Positions 14,000-25,887 of a stretch of DNA of 64,000 nucleotides are shown here, piece by piece. Position numbers and translations under genes: made by a program. Each line of letters opens with the position of its first letter. Within the stretch, counting starts at the first letter, position 1. The notes beneath the pieces are model-generated. The model had not been told where the DNA came from, searched no databases, and saw nothing but the letters and a program-made list of their open reading frames with translations. This DNA is from Paramecium tetraurelia (Eukaryota): assembly GCA_000165425.1 (NCBI GenBank), contig CT868529.1, positions 310,001 through 374,000 of the forward strand, read 5' to 3'.

Positions 14000-14569
14000 A
14001 TGGGTCAGAGCTGCATGAATAAAAAAAAAGAATAAAACGATCCTATGCATTAATCCATAAAACCTTAGCACAGAACAAAAAAACCAACTTGGGAATTGCA
14101 TTATAATGAAAGCAGGCCAGAGACTCAAGAGGATCTTGACTTTGACATTGAAACCAGAAATCCTAAAAAAAAAGAAGTTCGTTTCACTACTCCTGAGAGA
14201 AGTCGACGGTCCTTCTCCTAAGGAGTTAAATATCAAAAAGAATTACTGATGAAGCAGATGTTTGGTGATATGTTTGCTAGAAAAAAATATAGTTTAATAA
14301 GATCTGATAGAGAATTGAGATAAAAAGAATACAACAATAGGATCAATAAAACATAAAATGTTGATATCAGTTTCTCCCCTGGGTAATTTTCACTCAAACA
14401 AATTCATGTAAACCATTCAGATCAAACATCAACTTTGAAAGAAGATGTTAAATCTCAGAAGTCTGTTAAATCTAATAGTTAGCCTTAATCAAGCATATTA
14501 AAACAAAAAAGCACTAAAGCGAAATCGCTTTATTCTGGATCCAGAAGAAGTGTTAGGTTTCAATTTTGA
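14000..14569 (+). CDS. 189-aa protein with N-acylation motif and SILK/RVxF motifs (candidate PP1 regulator)
   Basis: Intronless ORF MGQSC...KKKEVRF...SSILKQK...RRSVRFQF-TGA. Confidence 0.75.
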
Positions 14570-15408
14570 TTAAGTTATATTTATTATTTAATTATGCTTT
14601 ATTCACTTTGATAAATATCAGATTACTGACTTGTTTAATCTTGGTATACTTGAATAAGGGCTGCACTTCTTAACTATTCACTGGGACAAATTAAGTAAAT
14701 CGTATCAACTATCAATTATATTCTTGAATTTAATTAAAGATTAATCTAAATTAAAATATCATAAAATTTATCACCTTCCTCATCCCAATGATCCTAGGCA
14801 TTCATTTAATCTCATTTTCTATTCCTATAATTTCATAAGAAAATGTTTATAGTTACACACGGTTTCCATATAATCAAGTAAAAAGATTCTCAATTATTAT
14901 AAATTAATATATTTATAGATTTTAAATCGAGTTATATCAGGCTCTACTTAATTTTTTGCCCATTATAGTAAAGTTTAAGATAAAAATATATGTCATACGT
15001 ATAATTTTAATCAAATTTATTTAGATTTATCAAATTTAAATCTTGAAGCTAATAGAAAATACTATTCTCTTAATTTAAAATTAATATACTATCCCTAAAA
15101 ACAAAACAATGAATTTATGTTTAAATTAATATTGAAAAAAAAATATTAATTCTTATATAAATAATTAAATAAATTATTAACTAATTATAATTGAAATTGT
15201 ATTCTCTAAATATCTCAATTTCATAAGACGAATTATCTCAACTTCATAATACAAACTATCTACTTACTATATTGAATTCAAAATTTTAATTGTTATTAAT
15301 TCTAAAATTATAATGCATAAAAATATTATTATTTACTATAAATATCTTTGAAAATGCATGTTTTGCAATTAACTAAAATTGTAAAATGAAAATTTAATAT
15401 TAAAACAT

Positions 15409-15481
15409 GCTGGTGTAGCTCCAAAGGTAGAGCAGTTGGCTGTTAACCAATTGGTTGAAGGTTCAAATCCTTCCATTAGCG
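15409..15481 (+). tRNA. tRNA-Asn (GTT)
   Basis: Cloverleaf: acceptor GCTGGTG/CATTAGC, D arm GCTC/GAGC, anticodon arm GTTGG-CTGTTAA-CCAAT, T arm GAAGG-TTCAAAT-CCTTC; followed by a T-run Pol III terminator. Confidence 0.95.
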
Positions 15482-15547
15482 TTTTTATATCTTTTACATT
15501 TAAAACCAAAGTTAGATAAACCTCATTTAATTATATTAACATAAATA

Positions 15548-15841
15548 ATGGATTAAGACCCAGAACCTCCTAAATCTAGGCTTACTAAATTCTTTTAAAA
15601 GGTTGACAATTGGATTGGACCATCGAGGCTTTAGTATAAGCCTGCGTGTCATGATTTAAAAGAAATGATAGTAGAATGTGTATTAGAGTCGGATTGCATG
15701 AAAAACAATGAAGGAGATTTTAGATTCTGCTTAACTGAAGGAATAAATAAAGAATGTAAAGCCATAAGACATGATTGGTATATTTGCAGAAAATCATAAG
15801 TGGATTGGAATAAACATCATTTTAAGGATGATCCTCGTTGA
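15548..15841 (+). CDS. PET191: Cytochrome c oxidase assembly factor PET191/COA5-like (CX9C protein)
   Basis: 97 aa: PACHDLKEMIVECVLESDCMK..FRFCL..ECKAIRHDWYICRKSQVDW; the six-Cys spacing matches Pet191/COA5. Confidence 0.8.
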
Positions 15842-15875
15842 TTTTGTTATATAATACATTCTAGATAATATTATT

Positions 15876-17149
15876 TCACTCAATTTTAGTTGATGCTTAC
15901 TAGGATTCCTCTACATCTATTTTACCTTTCAAGAAATCATTTGACTATTTGTAAATTTAATATGTATTTTGTATATCAATACCAAGTGTATTACAATAAT
16001 TATGTTCAGCCATGAATTAATAAAGATCTAAAGAATCATCTTCATCAAGTTCTGAGCCAAAACATTTTTCAAATTAATCCTTAAATTGATGTTACATGTC
16101 CTTTTTTTCAATTTATAATAAAAATTTGGCCACTTGACTTGGTTTCAATTCTTTTCTTAATTATTCTAGAGTCTGCCCATAAGCACCTAATTCAAGTTAG
16201 ACTTAATTTTTAATATCTTGAAATGATGAAAGAGTACTATAATATTGAATAATTCGAAAATACTTAGTCAATTCATTTTAAAATCTGATCAATTTTTTCT
16301 ACTTCTTCTACAGTATTTGTTTTTACTTATCTGTTAATTTTAAACTCCTCAATACACCATGTTCAGACTAAACCTCAGATGTTGAGAAAACATCCTAATC
16401 TGTTTTAGCTACTCCAATAACGTAATTTAAATATGGAGATAGGCAATTCTCATATATTTGACGAGCGTAATGATCTATTTATTGTTGTCTCTCTAAAGCT
16501 CCTGATCCGAATTTTTTCTTTTTAATCATACTTGAAATTAATTACATTCAGAGATTCTATGATTGTGTCAATATTCATTTCATTAATATTACTTTAAACT
16601 GAGTTTTGTAAATTCTAAAACAATGTTATTTTATTCTAATCCTAATCTTATTTCTAACATTAATATTCTGTTACCTAATGTATTTTGTTTTACAAATTTG
16701 TCGCCAACTCCGTTGTTTATTCATTTACTCTTTTAAAAATTTCTAATTGCTCAGATAATTTAGTGACCTTAGTTTCAAGTAGTTCTAGGTAGATTTTCTT
16801 TCTTTTTCTACTATTTCTCGCCGATTCTCTATTTTTGGCCAACTTGTCTTCTTTATCACAATTAGAACTTCCAACAATGAGTTGGCTTTAGATCTTACTA
16901 GGAACTTGTCTTTTGCCGACTCTATTAATACTTTATTTGCCTTTACTTTTCGTCTGATTGCTACTCTTAATTCGTAATCTTAATCAAGGAAGATATCTTG
17001 TTTATATATGTGTTTTTTGTGTTTGGTCTTTGCTTTTTATTCTTGGAGCTATTATTTTACCTTTTGCTGGGTTACTCATCTTGTTCGAATTACAAATCAC
17101 TTGAATTTGAATCGTAATTAAGTTAGTCTATATAATCAGGGAAACTCAT
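15876..17149 (-). CDS. bZIP transcription factor
   Basis: EDKLAKNRESARNSRKRKKIYLELLETKVTKLSEQL basic region plus zipper; TGA at 15876-15878. Confidence 0.9.
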
Positions 17150-17199
17150 TTATTTTATATTTTAATAGATAATTAGTAAATAAATTAATTAATTATTTA

Positions 17200-20046
17200 A
17201 TGTTATTTACTTTGAAGAACATTTAATAATTTTAGAGTGTCTTTACATTCTAATAGTATCTATTATTCATCGGAGCAGAGTTTGATTAAAATACCATATT
17301 TTATTAAACAACATTAATATGTTCAGATAATATTCCATTAAAAAAATTCCCAATAATAAAACCTTCTAATTTTTTATACTAAGTATATTTAATATGAATT
17401 TTAGAAACTCTTTGAAGAAAAAAAAAAGGATGAGAACAAATGTATACAATATTCTAACAACGAAAACAATTTTTAAAATAAAAAATATTTTTTGGTTAGT
17501 CAAAAGTTAATACTTTCTGATGAAATGGAAACTTTTTATAAAATAGTGGGGGAACAAAATATTGACTTCATATTATAAAATTTTAAAGTAAAAAGTCCAT
17601 TTTATTAGATATTAATCAAAGAGGACACCAATAAAGAGACTTATATTCAAATATGGGGAGAACCGATTATGAAAAATACAATAAAATAAAAATCAAACAA
17701 CCAAGAAAAAATTTGCAGGTAATAAATTCTTTATTGCAATCATATGTCCAGACAAGTAGGCTTCTTTAAGAAAAGTATTGCATCAACTATTATTTTTAGA
17801 TTTCATAAGTCAGGCCAAAAAAGAGATAATTATGAGGAACTTTATCCCAAAAGAATAAATATCAAATGAAATGATATCTATGAAAGCCACATCAAACATT
17901 TTTGATTAATGTTTTTTTGAGGGAAAATTTAAAGAACAAGAAAAATAGTAATTGAGAATTTTAACTTAAAAATTGATCACCAACATGTAAAAATTCAATT
18001 TTCCCTAAGCTTTCAAGATATTCGTTCCTCTACCTACTAATTATTTAAATTTAAAAAAAGAAGTCTCTCAATCAATTAAATAAAACCTCTATTACATACC
18101 TAATCTATATGATGAAATTTATAAGAACTTTTTAAGTTATGATTAAGTAATTTCAATATTAAGATACTTTCTTCGTACTATCATACCTATTGACTTTTTG
18201 GGATAATCAAACTTATATACTTTCCTAAAAGATTTATCCCAATTTATTACATTCCTAAGATTTGAAGATTAAAATTATTTAGATTATATTAATCGACTTA
18301 ATGTTTTCTAAATTCCATGGATGAATAGTTATTTTTCAAAAAAGAAATAAAAAATTTTAATTTCCAAAAAAAGATAATAACTACTGCCCATCTTTAGGTT
18401 TTTATTCCAACTAATCATCATACCTTTTCTTAGACATAACTTTTACATCACTGAAAGAATGAAAGATGATTGGAAATTATTTTACTATAGAAAAGAAATC
18501 TGGACTTTGGTACTTAAATTATCATTAAATCAATTATCTTCCAATAATTTGAAATAAATATCTCCAGAAAAAATTACAACCCAATATATTGGTAAACTCA
18601 GAATAGTACCTAAACCAGGTACTTTTAGACCAATAGTTACCTATAATAGGAAATCAAGAAGTATATTTTTATTTCAAAATAGTTTCTAAATTGTCACTTA
18701 ATAAAAAATTATTAGATATTAAGTATGTCCTTAGAAATTTAAGAAGCCAACAACTAGGCTTTTCAGTATTTGGAAATCCTTAAATATTCAACAGATTGGA
18801 GGAATTCAAAAAACTATGGATCAAGTATTAATTTCCATAAACTTATTTTATGTCAATGGATATTCATAAATGCTATGATTCTATCCAACTTGAATTTTTA
18901 CTTAAATTTATTGAAGAAAGTAACTTGATTTAAAGTGCCTATGTCATTAATAAATATTATCTGATTATTAGAAATAATAGGTAAAGCAGGGGATCAAAAT
19001 AAATGAGAGAACTATTTAATATTTTTGATAGAACTTGTGCCATTCCTATTAACAATCCTTAAGCTCTTTAAAAGGGATACATCGAATACATTTAATAGAA
19101 TAAATTAGCCATTATCGCTAACCTAGGAATACAAACAACTGTCACATTTAGTGAATTCTTACTTAGCATCAAGGAATTATGTTAGAATAATATTGTTCAA
19201 TTTGAAGATAGATATTTTATTTAGACTCTTGGAATTCCTTAAGGATTAAATATATCTGGAATTTTATGTTCTTTCTACATAGCCAATATAGAAAAAAACT
19301 TGACTAGGAAGTTAATAGGAGATACTTTGATTATGAGATTGACTGATGATTATTGTTGTTTAACATTTGATAAGCAAAATTTAGTAAATTTCATTTGTAA
19401 TTAGATTACTATTAAAAATAATTTTAAAGAAGTTGAAAAGTAGTATAGCATCCATCTGAATGACGATAAAACACAACATAATATAGATTAAAAGATAGTC
19501 AGTTTTAAATGGATTGGCAAAATAATTAATTTGGATAAATTGACCTTAAAACCTGCTTTTGCTTAGGAAAAGGACAGTAGTAAGGAATAAATCTATTTAT
19601 AGAATTTTCAAATTAAATCAATGTTAATCTACCATCAAGAATTAATTCTTATTTTTTTAAGGCCAAGTTGAAATCCTTAATGCTTAATTAATTTAAATTT
19701 TTTTTTAATCCAAAAATAAATGACCAACCAACTTTGATTAAAATAGCCAAAACATTTATACATGCTGGACTGATAAAGTTAATAAATTTTATGGAGAAAG
19801 CCAAATTATTCAAGGTATCAAAGTAAAAGAGTAACAAAATTGATTTTTTAAGTAAAATCATATTTTATCATAGAAATAATCAAATAAGTCCAAATAGAAA
19901 TTGCAAATTATTGCTTCTAATAAGCATAGGAGAGAGGATCAGAATTAGATCAGAATTACATTTTGAGAATAATTAAGAAGTAATTACAAAAAACAATAAA
20001 AAATCACAAAAAATTGAAAACCATTATTAATTATAAAAATTTATGA
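17200..20046 (+). CDS. TERT: Telomerase reverse transcriptase
   Basis: TEN-like YIQIWGEP; ciliate CP2 ILYCNHMSRQVGFFK; T motif FYITE; motifs 1/2 GKLRIVPKPGTFRPI; A MDIHKCYDSI; B' QTLGIPQGLNISGILCS; C MRLTDDY; E WIG. Several 21-28 nt introns (e.g. 17383-17404, 18661-18682). Confidence 0.97.
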
Positions 20047-20047
20047 A

Positions 20048-21046
20048 TCAATATATTTATAACTTTCTCAATATACCAATTACTCACAATATGAATTTTG
20101 AATTAATAAGAGTACGATTGGATAAGTTTTACATATTTTCATCACATGGAAAATCAATTCATAATGATGAATCATTATGAATTGATTATAAGTCAGAAAA
20201 TTGATAATTAACTCAATAATACTATATGCTATTAAATACTATGATCTCAAATCTTAAGATGTTCATAGATCAGCAAAAGGTATATTGATAACGTTTGTGA
20301 GATAAGTCTGAATAAACTTACTATCATGTTACTCATGGTTATTAGCCATTCTTTGATAATCATAGATTATTATATTAATATAATTATATGGTATTCACTA
20401 TTTCACCAAAATATTGATGATTGGAATATTTTGGAGTTTAAATAATAAATCCAAAGACATATATAATTTCATTACTCTCAACTTTAAACCTCCTAGCTTT
20501 AAATAATTGCTTAAACTGAATGCTTAGTTATATCATACTTAAATCTCTTCATAAAAACTGGATTAAGCATTTTGAGCTAAATAATTCACTAAATCTACCC
20601 TATAATTTTAAACCTTTATTCATAAATGAATTTGTAATATATGTATTGAAATAAATCATTAAATATTTTGTAAAAAACAAAATAACTAAATTGATAACAT
20701 CAATTAATACATATCTAGACACAAAATCAACATAAGATTGGCCTTAAATTTATAAATAAAAGCTTTTTCTTCTAATAATAGAATTATTTAAATGATAACT
20801 TGCTTTCTTAATCTAAAAAATGATTATACAGACTAGATTGGAACTATCGAAAGTTAATATTTAAGAGAACTCATCTTAATGACACATTATTGAAACATAT
20901 ATATTTTTAATTTTTAATTTCTAATCCCAATTTCACTAATCTATAATTTGGTTTGATACTTAAATTATAGGCTTCAATTTAGGGCTGAGGAAGATATAGA
21001 TAGTACCCTCTTTATTTAAACAGACCTTTTAAGATTTTGAATCCAT
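20048..21046 (-). CDS. Possible hypothetical protein or decayed gene
   Basis: ATG near 21046 (MDSKSQKVCLNKRGYYLYLPQP) and coding-like composition, but an early TGA needs an intron I could not fix. Ends are approximate. Confidence 0.3.
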
Positions 21047-21281
21047 TTATTAATTATTAAATAATTCTCAAAAAAAATTTAATATTTTATGATAACTAAT
21101 ATTTGAGTTTATCATTTTAACAATATCGCTTAAATTAAATTTATTGATATCCTTTACTATAGTAAATGAATAAATTTCTAATTTTTCTTTAACAATAATA
21201 CTGTCTCATATAATAATGATGTGTTTGTTAATTTGTTTTATTTATTATGATTTATATTTTTATTTTAAGAAGCCATTTTAT

Positions 21282-21732
21282 ATGATAGAGAATGATCTCG
21301 AAAATATGAAAATGTAATGCATGCTTTTATTCTAGTATGTTAAATAATGATAATCCAATGCCAATAAGTACTTTATAATATGTTTTACTACCAAAATGCA
21401 AAGATGAAATTTTCACCAGAAAGAATAACTAAAATTATATAAAGTCATATTTATCTTAGGGAGTAAACCCTAAAAATATAGTTCCAACCAATCTTGAGGA
21501 TGGAATTTGGGTTGGTCTTCCAAATCAAACCCAAAATTAGTTTACGAAGTCAATACTTAAGGATGCCTAAAAATATACTGAACAGTTAAATTACACCATA
21601 AACAGATATTCTGAATATACTTAAATGAATAGTATAATAAAATCGTGTAACACATCAAGAAAAGGTACAAAACGAGTGACTTTCGAGAATTCGGAAACAT
21701 TACCTGAAAAATATTATTAACCTAAATAATGA
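21282..21732 (+). CDS. Small protein with SILK and RVxF motifs (candidate PP1 regulator)
   Basis: After a 22-nt intron (GTAATG..TTCTAG): ..EDGIWVGLP..TKSILKD..KGTKRVTFEN..; TGA at 21730-21732. Start codon uncertain. Confidence 0.7.
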
Positions 21733-22183
21733 TTTGTACCATTTACATTTACTTAAATAACCAGAATATATTTAAAGGGTTTCTTATGATTAATAATAAA
21801 CAATCTATAATCAAGTATTTAAACTTTAATTAAACATTTATTTGGAAATAGGACAAATTGGTTATAATTGTGAAAAATTATGAATAACATTCTTGTTAAT
21901 ATTTATTTGTCCTTCTAAGTTTCCAACTTTACTTTCCTTTTTATCTACTCTTCATTTTTATGATAAGTAATAATATTGATATTAATTTGAGGTTATTTCA
22001 TTTAAATTTCATATGCTCTTATATATATTAATAATTGTTATAGCTCTTTAATAAGACATATATTCATTGTCTTCAGTAAGTTAAATTCGGATCAAATTTT
22101 ATAGTAAGTTCTTAGTACATTAGATTGAATTTATATTTATGTAAAATTATATATTATTATAATCAATAAATCTATCTACTAAA

Positions 22184-25100
22184 TCAAATTAATTTTCTTT
22201 ATGATTATTCTGGTCTTGATGTTTGCGCATTTAGGCCAGCATTAGGTTCGCTTATTTTTCTAAAAATAAATTTTAATAATATACTTTTGCAAGGACATAA
22301 GGGAATTGACTTTTTGATTTAGTTATGTTTTCGTTTTGATTAACTTCATGTTCCTCTCTTCATTCTTTTTAGGTACTACTTTTTCTACTTATTTCGGCTA
22401 TTCTACATTAATTAATTAATCTGCATTTCTCAGGGCCATCGGGTTTTCAAATGGTTGAGCTTATTCTAATTGTTACCATGAATCTAATATTATAAGAGCA
22501 CTTTGTAGATCACTTAAATTTCTCACTTTTATTGCATTTCTTATAATGTAATTTATTAATAGAATATAAAAAAAAATGCCTTCCACGTATGATGTGTCCT
22601 TAATTTCATTTTAATAAAACTTTGTATATGCATTATATAAGGAACTTACTAATCCTAACTTAAAAATAATGTTTGATAAGATAAGGCATAGGAGCTCCTG
22701 GCAAAAAATATGGTAAATAAATTTAGTGAAAGTCTGTTCAATAAATTGTATTCTACCTAACTATCTGAAAACCAAATGATAATAATATGGAGCATGGTGT
22801 CTGTTAGATTTCTGAAAACACTTTTCAAATTTTTATCTACTTTGATCATATAATTTTATCTGTCATATAATTGCAATCCATTGGTCATCAAGGAAACCAA
22901 AATGTATTATTTAAAGGCAAAGGATGAAGAATCTAATTTTTATTTAATTGAATTTAATTAAACTATGCATTTAACTAAATAATCAATTACTAATTAAAAT
23001 TAATTTTTTAACATCTCCTTGTAATTGTCAAATATTTATATAGTCTTAACTTTTATGTAAAGTTTATGTAATAAGAGTCCACATTCCACAGACATGGAGT
23101 TTGGATTATGTGGGATTTCCAAAATTGAATATAGAAAAACTTTAAACAATGAATAGATATTCTTTTCAGTTATTATTAATTCTGCAAATTTATCAACATT
23201 AAAAATTTATGTTTTTGGTTATCGTTTCTGCAATTCTTATTGCTTTTCAGCATAGACAATTAATTAATCAAATAAATGAAGTAACATTTTTAAATGAAGT
23301 TCTGATATACTATTTTTATTAAACTAAGATTTTTCTTTTTCAAAATCTGATAAAAATATGACTGATTTAGTTGTAGGATATATTTAAACGAGTTTACTGC
23401 TTGAAAATCCATCATTTGAATATAATTCAGTATCTTATTCAGTTTTCATTTTATTTTTGCCTTAATGTTGAGAATTCTAATTTCTTTTTCTCATTAAAGG
23501 AGATGTCTTTATGTTTCCAGAATTTATTTTATTATCTATACTTTAACTATTATTGATTAACTTACCATCGCAATCTTAACAAGATGTATTTGATGATATT
23601 TTTGGTAAATAAAAATTATTTGATTTTCTTTTTTAGACTTAATGAACCTTGCTATTACTTTGATTGATTGAAATAGATGATTGTCTTTTGAACTAATCAT
23701 CTTCTGCTCTTTTCAGTTTTTCTTATTTTTCATTTTAAAACACTTCTAAATTATCATAATCGTTTTTAGATTGCATTGCGTTCATTTCTTAAATATCTAA
23801 TGTTTCTTATTTAAGCAACTTTTTTTACATTCTCTGTGGATCAAATATAGATAAAGCTTTAATTACTTAAAATATTTCATTGTAAGCCTTTCATAGTAAT
23901 GATTATTACTGTTTAATCAGGAGTGGGAATGTCTACAACTAGTTATGCATCAAATGAATAATTAGAAAGTAATTACAAAAAATGAAATGAGTGTAAGTAT
24001 GACCATAACTATTCTAAATAGTAAATTCCCAACTTAACAATGTCTTCATTAAAATTGATCATTTCTGTCAACAGTTAGTTAACTTAAGGATTGTAAGACA
24101 ATTCTAATAGTTTAGGGAATATCTTTTGTTCTATAAGTTACTTAATACAAAACTTAGGCTATAGAGTGATTAAGAATTTTATCATCACAGCCAGATGATA
24201 CAAATTGATATTTTTAGTCTCATCATACAAATTGATATTTATAAAGGAAACTAATTTTTAATGATTCATTTACATGTTTTAGCAAAAATTTGTGAATATT
24301 GACCCAACAAATTTTTAAAGTTTTCTATGTTTGTGAGTATTTACAAGGCTCTATAAGATCTAAAAACTTGATATTTACTCAAATTGTTGGTCGATTTGTA
24401 TTTAAAGATATTTTTTTCATTGTCTATGATATCAGGCAATTTTGGGAAATTTTCATTCTAAATTGTTTTAAATGATTACCCAAAGAGAGGCTATTGAAAT
24501 TTGAGTGGGATCTAAAACAAATTAAATCAAAATGTCGATATTCTCAATTTCTTCAAATACTGAATTATGTTGTAGTGGTTAGTCTGGGTCTTATTTACAG
24601 CATAAGTTTTATATATATAAACTAGGGTCTTATTCAGATGAAACATAAGACCTTCTTTTATTTTATTGTTAAGTTACAGTAATTTAAGTTTAACTAACAA
24701 TCTCCGTATCTGAATCTTCTTCAATTACTACTATTTTGTATTTAGAGTAAGATGGAAATAACTTTGGAGTGTTCTTAAAAACTAAAGCTATAAACCAAAT
24801 ATTATTACAAATAATAATTTCCTCGCTAAATTAATTAACCCAACTACATTTATCAAATATTGTAAATCTTAAGTCCTAAAAGCAATCCATCACTTTTTCT
24901 AATAATTTTTGATTAGTAGTGTTTTGAATATAATGTTTAAACATTAAGCAATAAAGTTGGAAGTCCAACTACAAATTATTTGCCAATTCAAAGAATTTCT
25001 TTAAGTAATTAACAGTAAACAATTTAATCGTCACTATTTCCGAAGAAACTGCCTAGCTGAACTGTTATCCATCATGACCATCCTTTGGTTTGCTTTGAAT

Positions 25101-25709
25101 TTTAATTGATAAATACTTATTAAACCGTTATAACATTGTAATTCTTTGCTTTAAGGACTAAGTACTGGTTTCTTGGAGCATAGAAATGTCTGATGTAGCT
25201 TCAAAAAAGCAACTTATGAAACGAAAATCCTGGAAATACTCAAAAAATGCAGAAATCAAAGATTCTATGTTGGATTTTTAAAAGGGGTATAAACACATTA
25301 CTATCAAATTAGTGAAATAGAGCTTACGTTAAAACAATAGTTTTGAACTAGAAAATGTAGTTGCTTGGGGTAATTTTTAAGTTACATATTTTATACCTTC
25401 TGTAATTTTCAACAACCTCAAGTAATCATCATTTGCGTTGAGCTATATATTAAGAATGGATTTACTGCTTAGTCAAATACCAAAGCTATATTTTGGTCTG
25501 GAACTAACTTAAATGATTAATCCCACATAAAGCTTGTCATTTAATAAATTAAATATTAACTTTATCAATTCATATAAAAATGTTGTCACATAACCAAAGT
25601 CCTTCAAATTATACTAAATAATGTAAAAATATAATAATATTAATTTTATGCATTGATATAATAATTCGTTTTTCCTACCAATTATTTCTTCCTCATCCTT
25701 TCTCTCCAT
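22184..25709 (-). CDS. SAPS/PP6-regulatory-subunit-like large protein, copy A
   Basis: Full-length paralog of the adjacent gene (EEIENIDILIQFVLDP, CGLLLHKLY, HIIIIWFSDS, LSNIIFKLGL, LDSW). Local frame disturbance near 22680-22760. Confidence 0.65.
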
Positions 25710-25887
25710 CTTCAGCAATTTAACAAAGATATTCGAAACTGCCTTCTGATGTCAGAAGCCAAGATGGATTTTATTTTAAAATAAATATAAATTTAAGTTT
25801 TTACAGATTTATATTATTTTAACCTACAACAACAAATAAGATTCTAAGGGTTCTCTTTAAGTAATATAATTACTAAAATTTATATGA

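Noticed and set aside
18590..19360. Reverse transcriptase motifs suggesting a retroelement
   Set aside because: CP2 and T motifs, spliceosomal introns and the lack of endonuclease, integrase or terminal repeats identify it as TERT.
25743..25758. Short inverted repeat CTTCTGA-TG-TCAGAAG upstream of SAPS-like copy A
   Set aside because: Only a 7-bp arm, compatible with chance in 64 kb, and not recurring.
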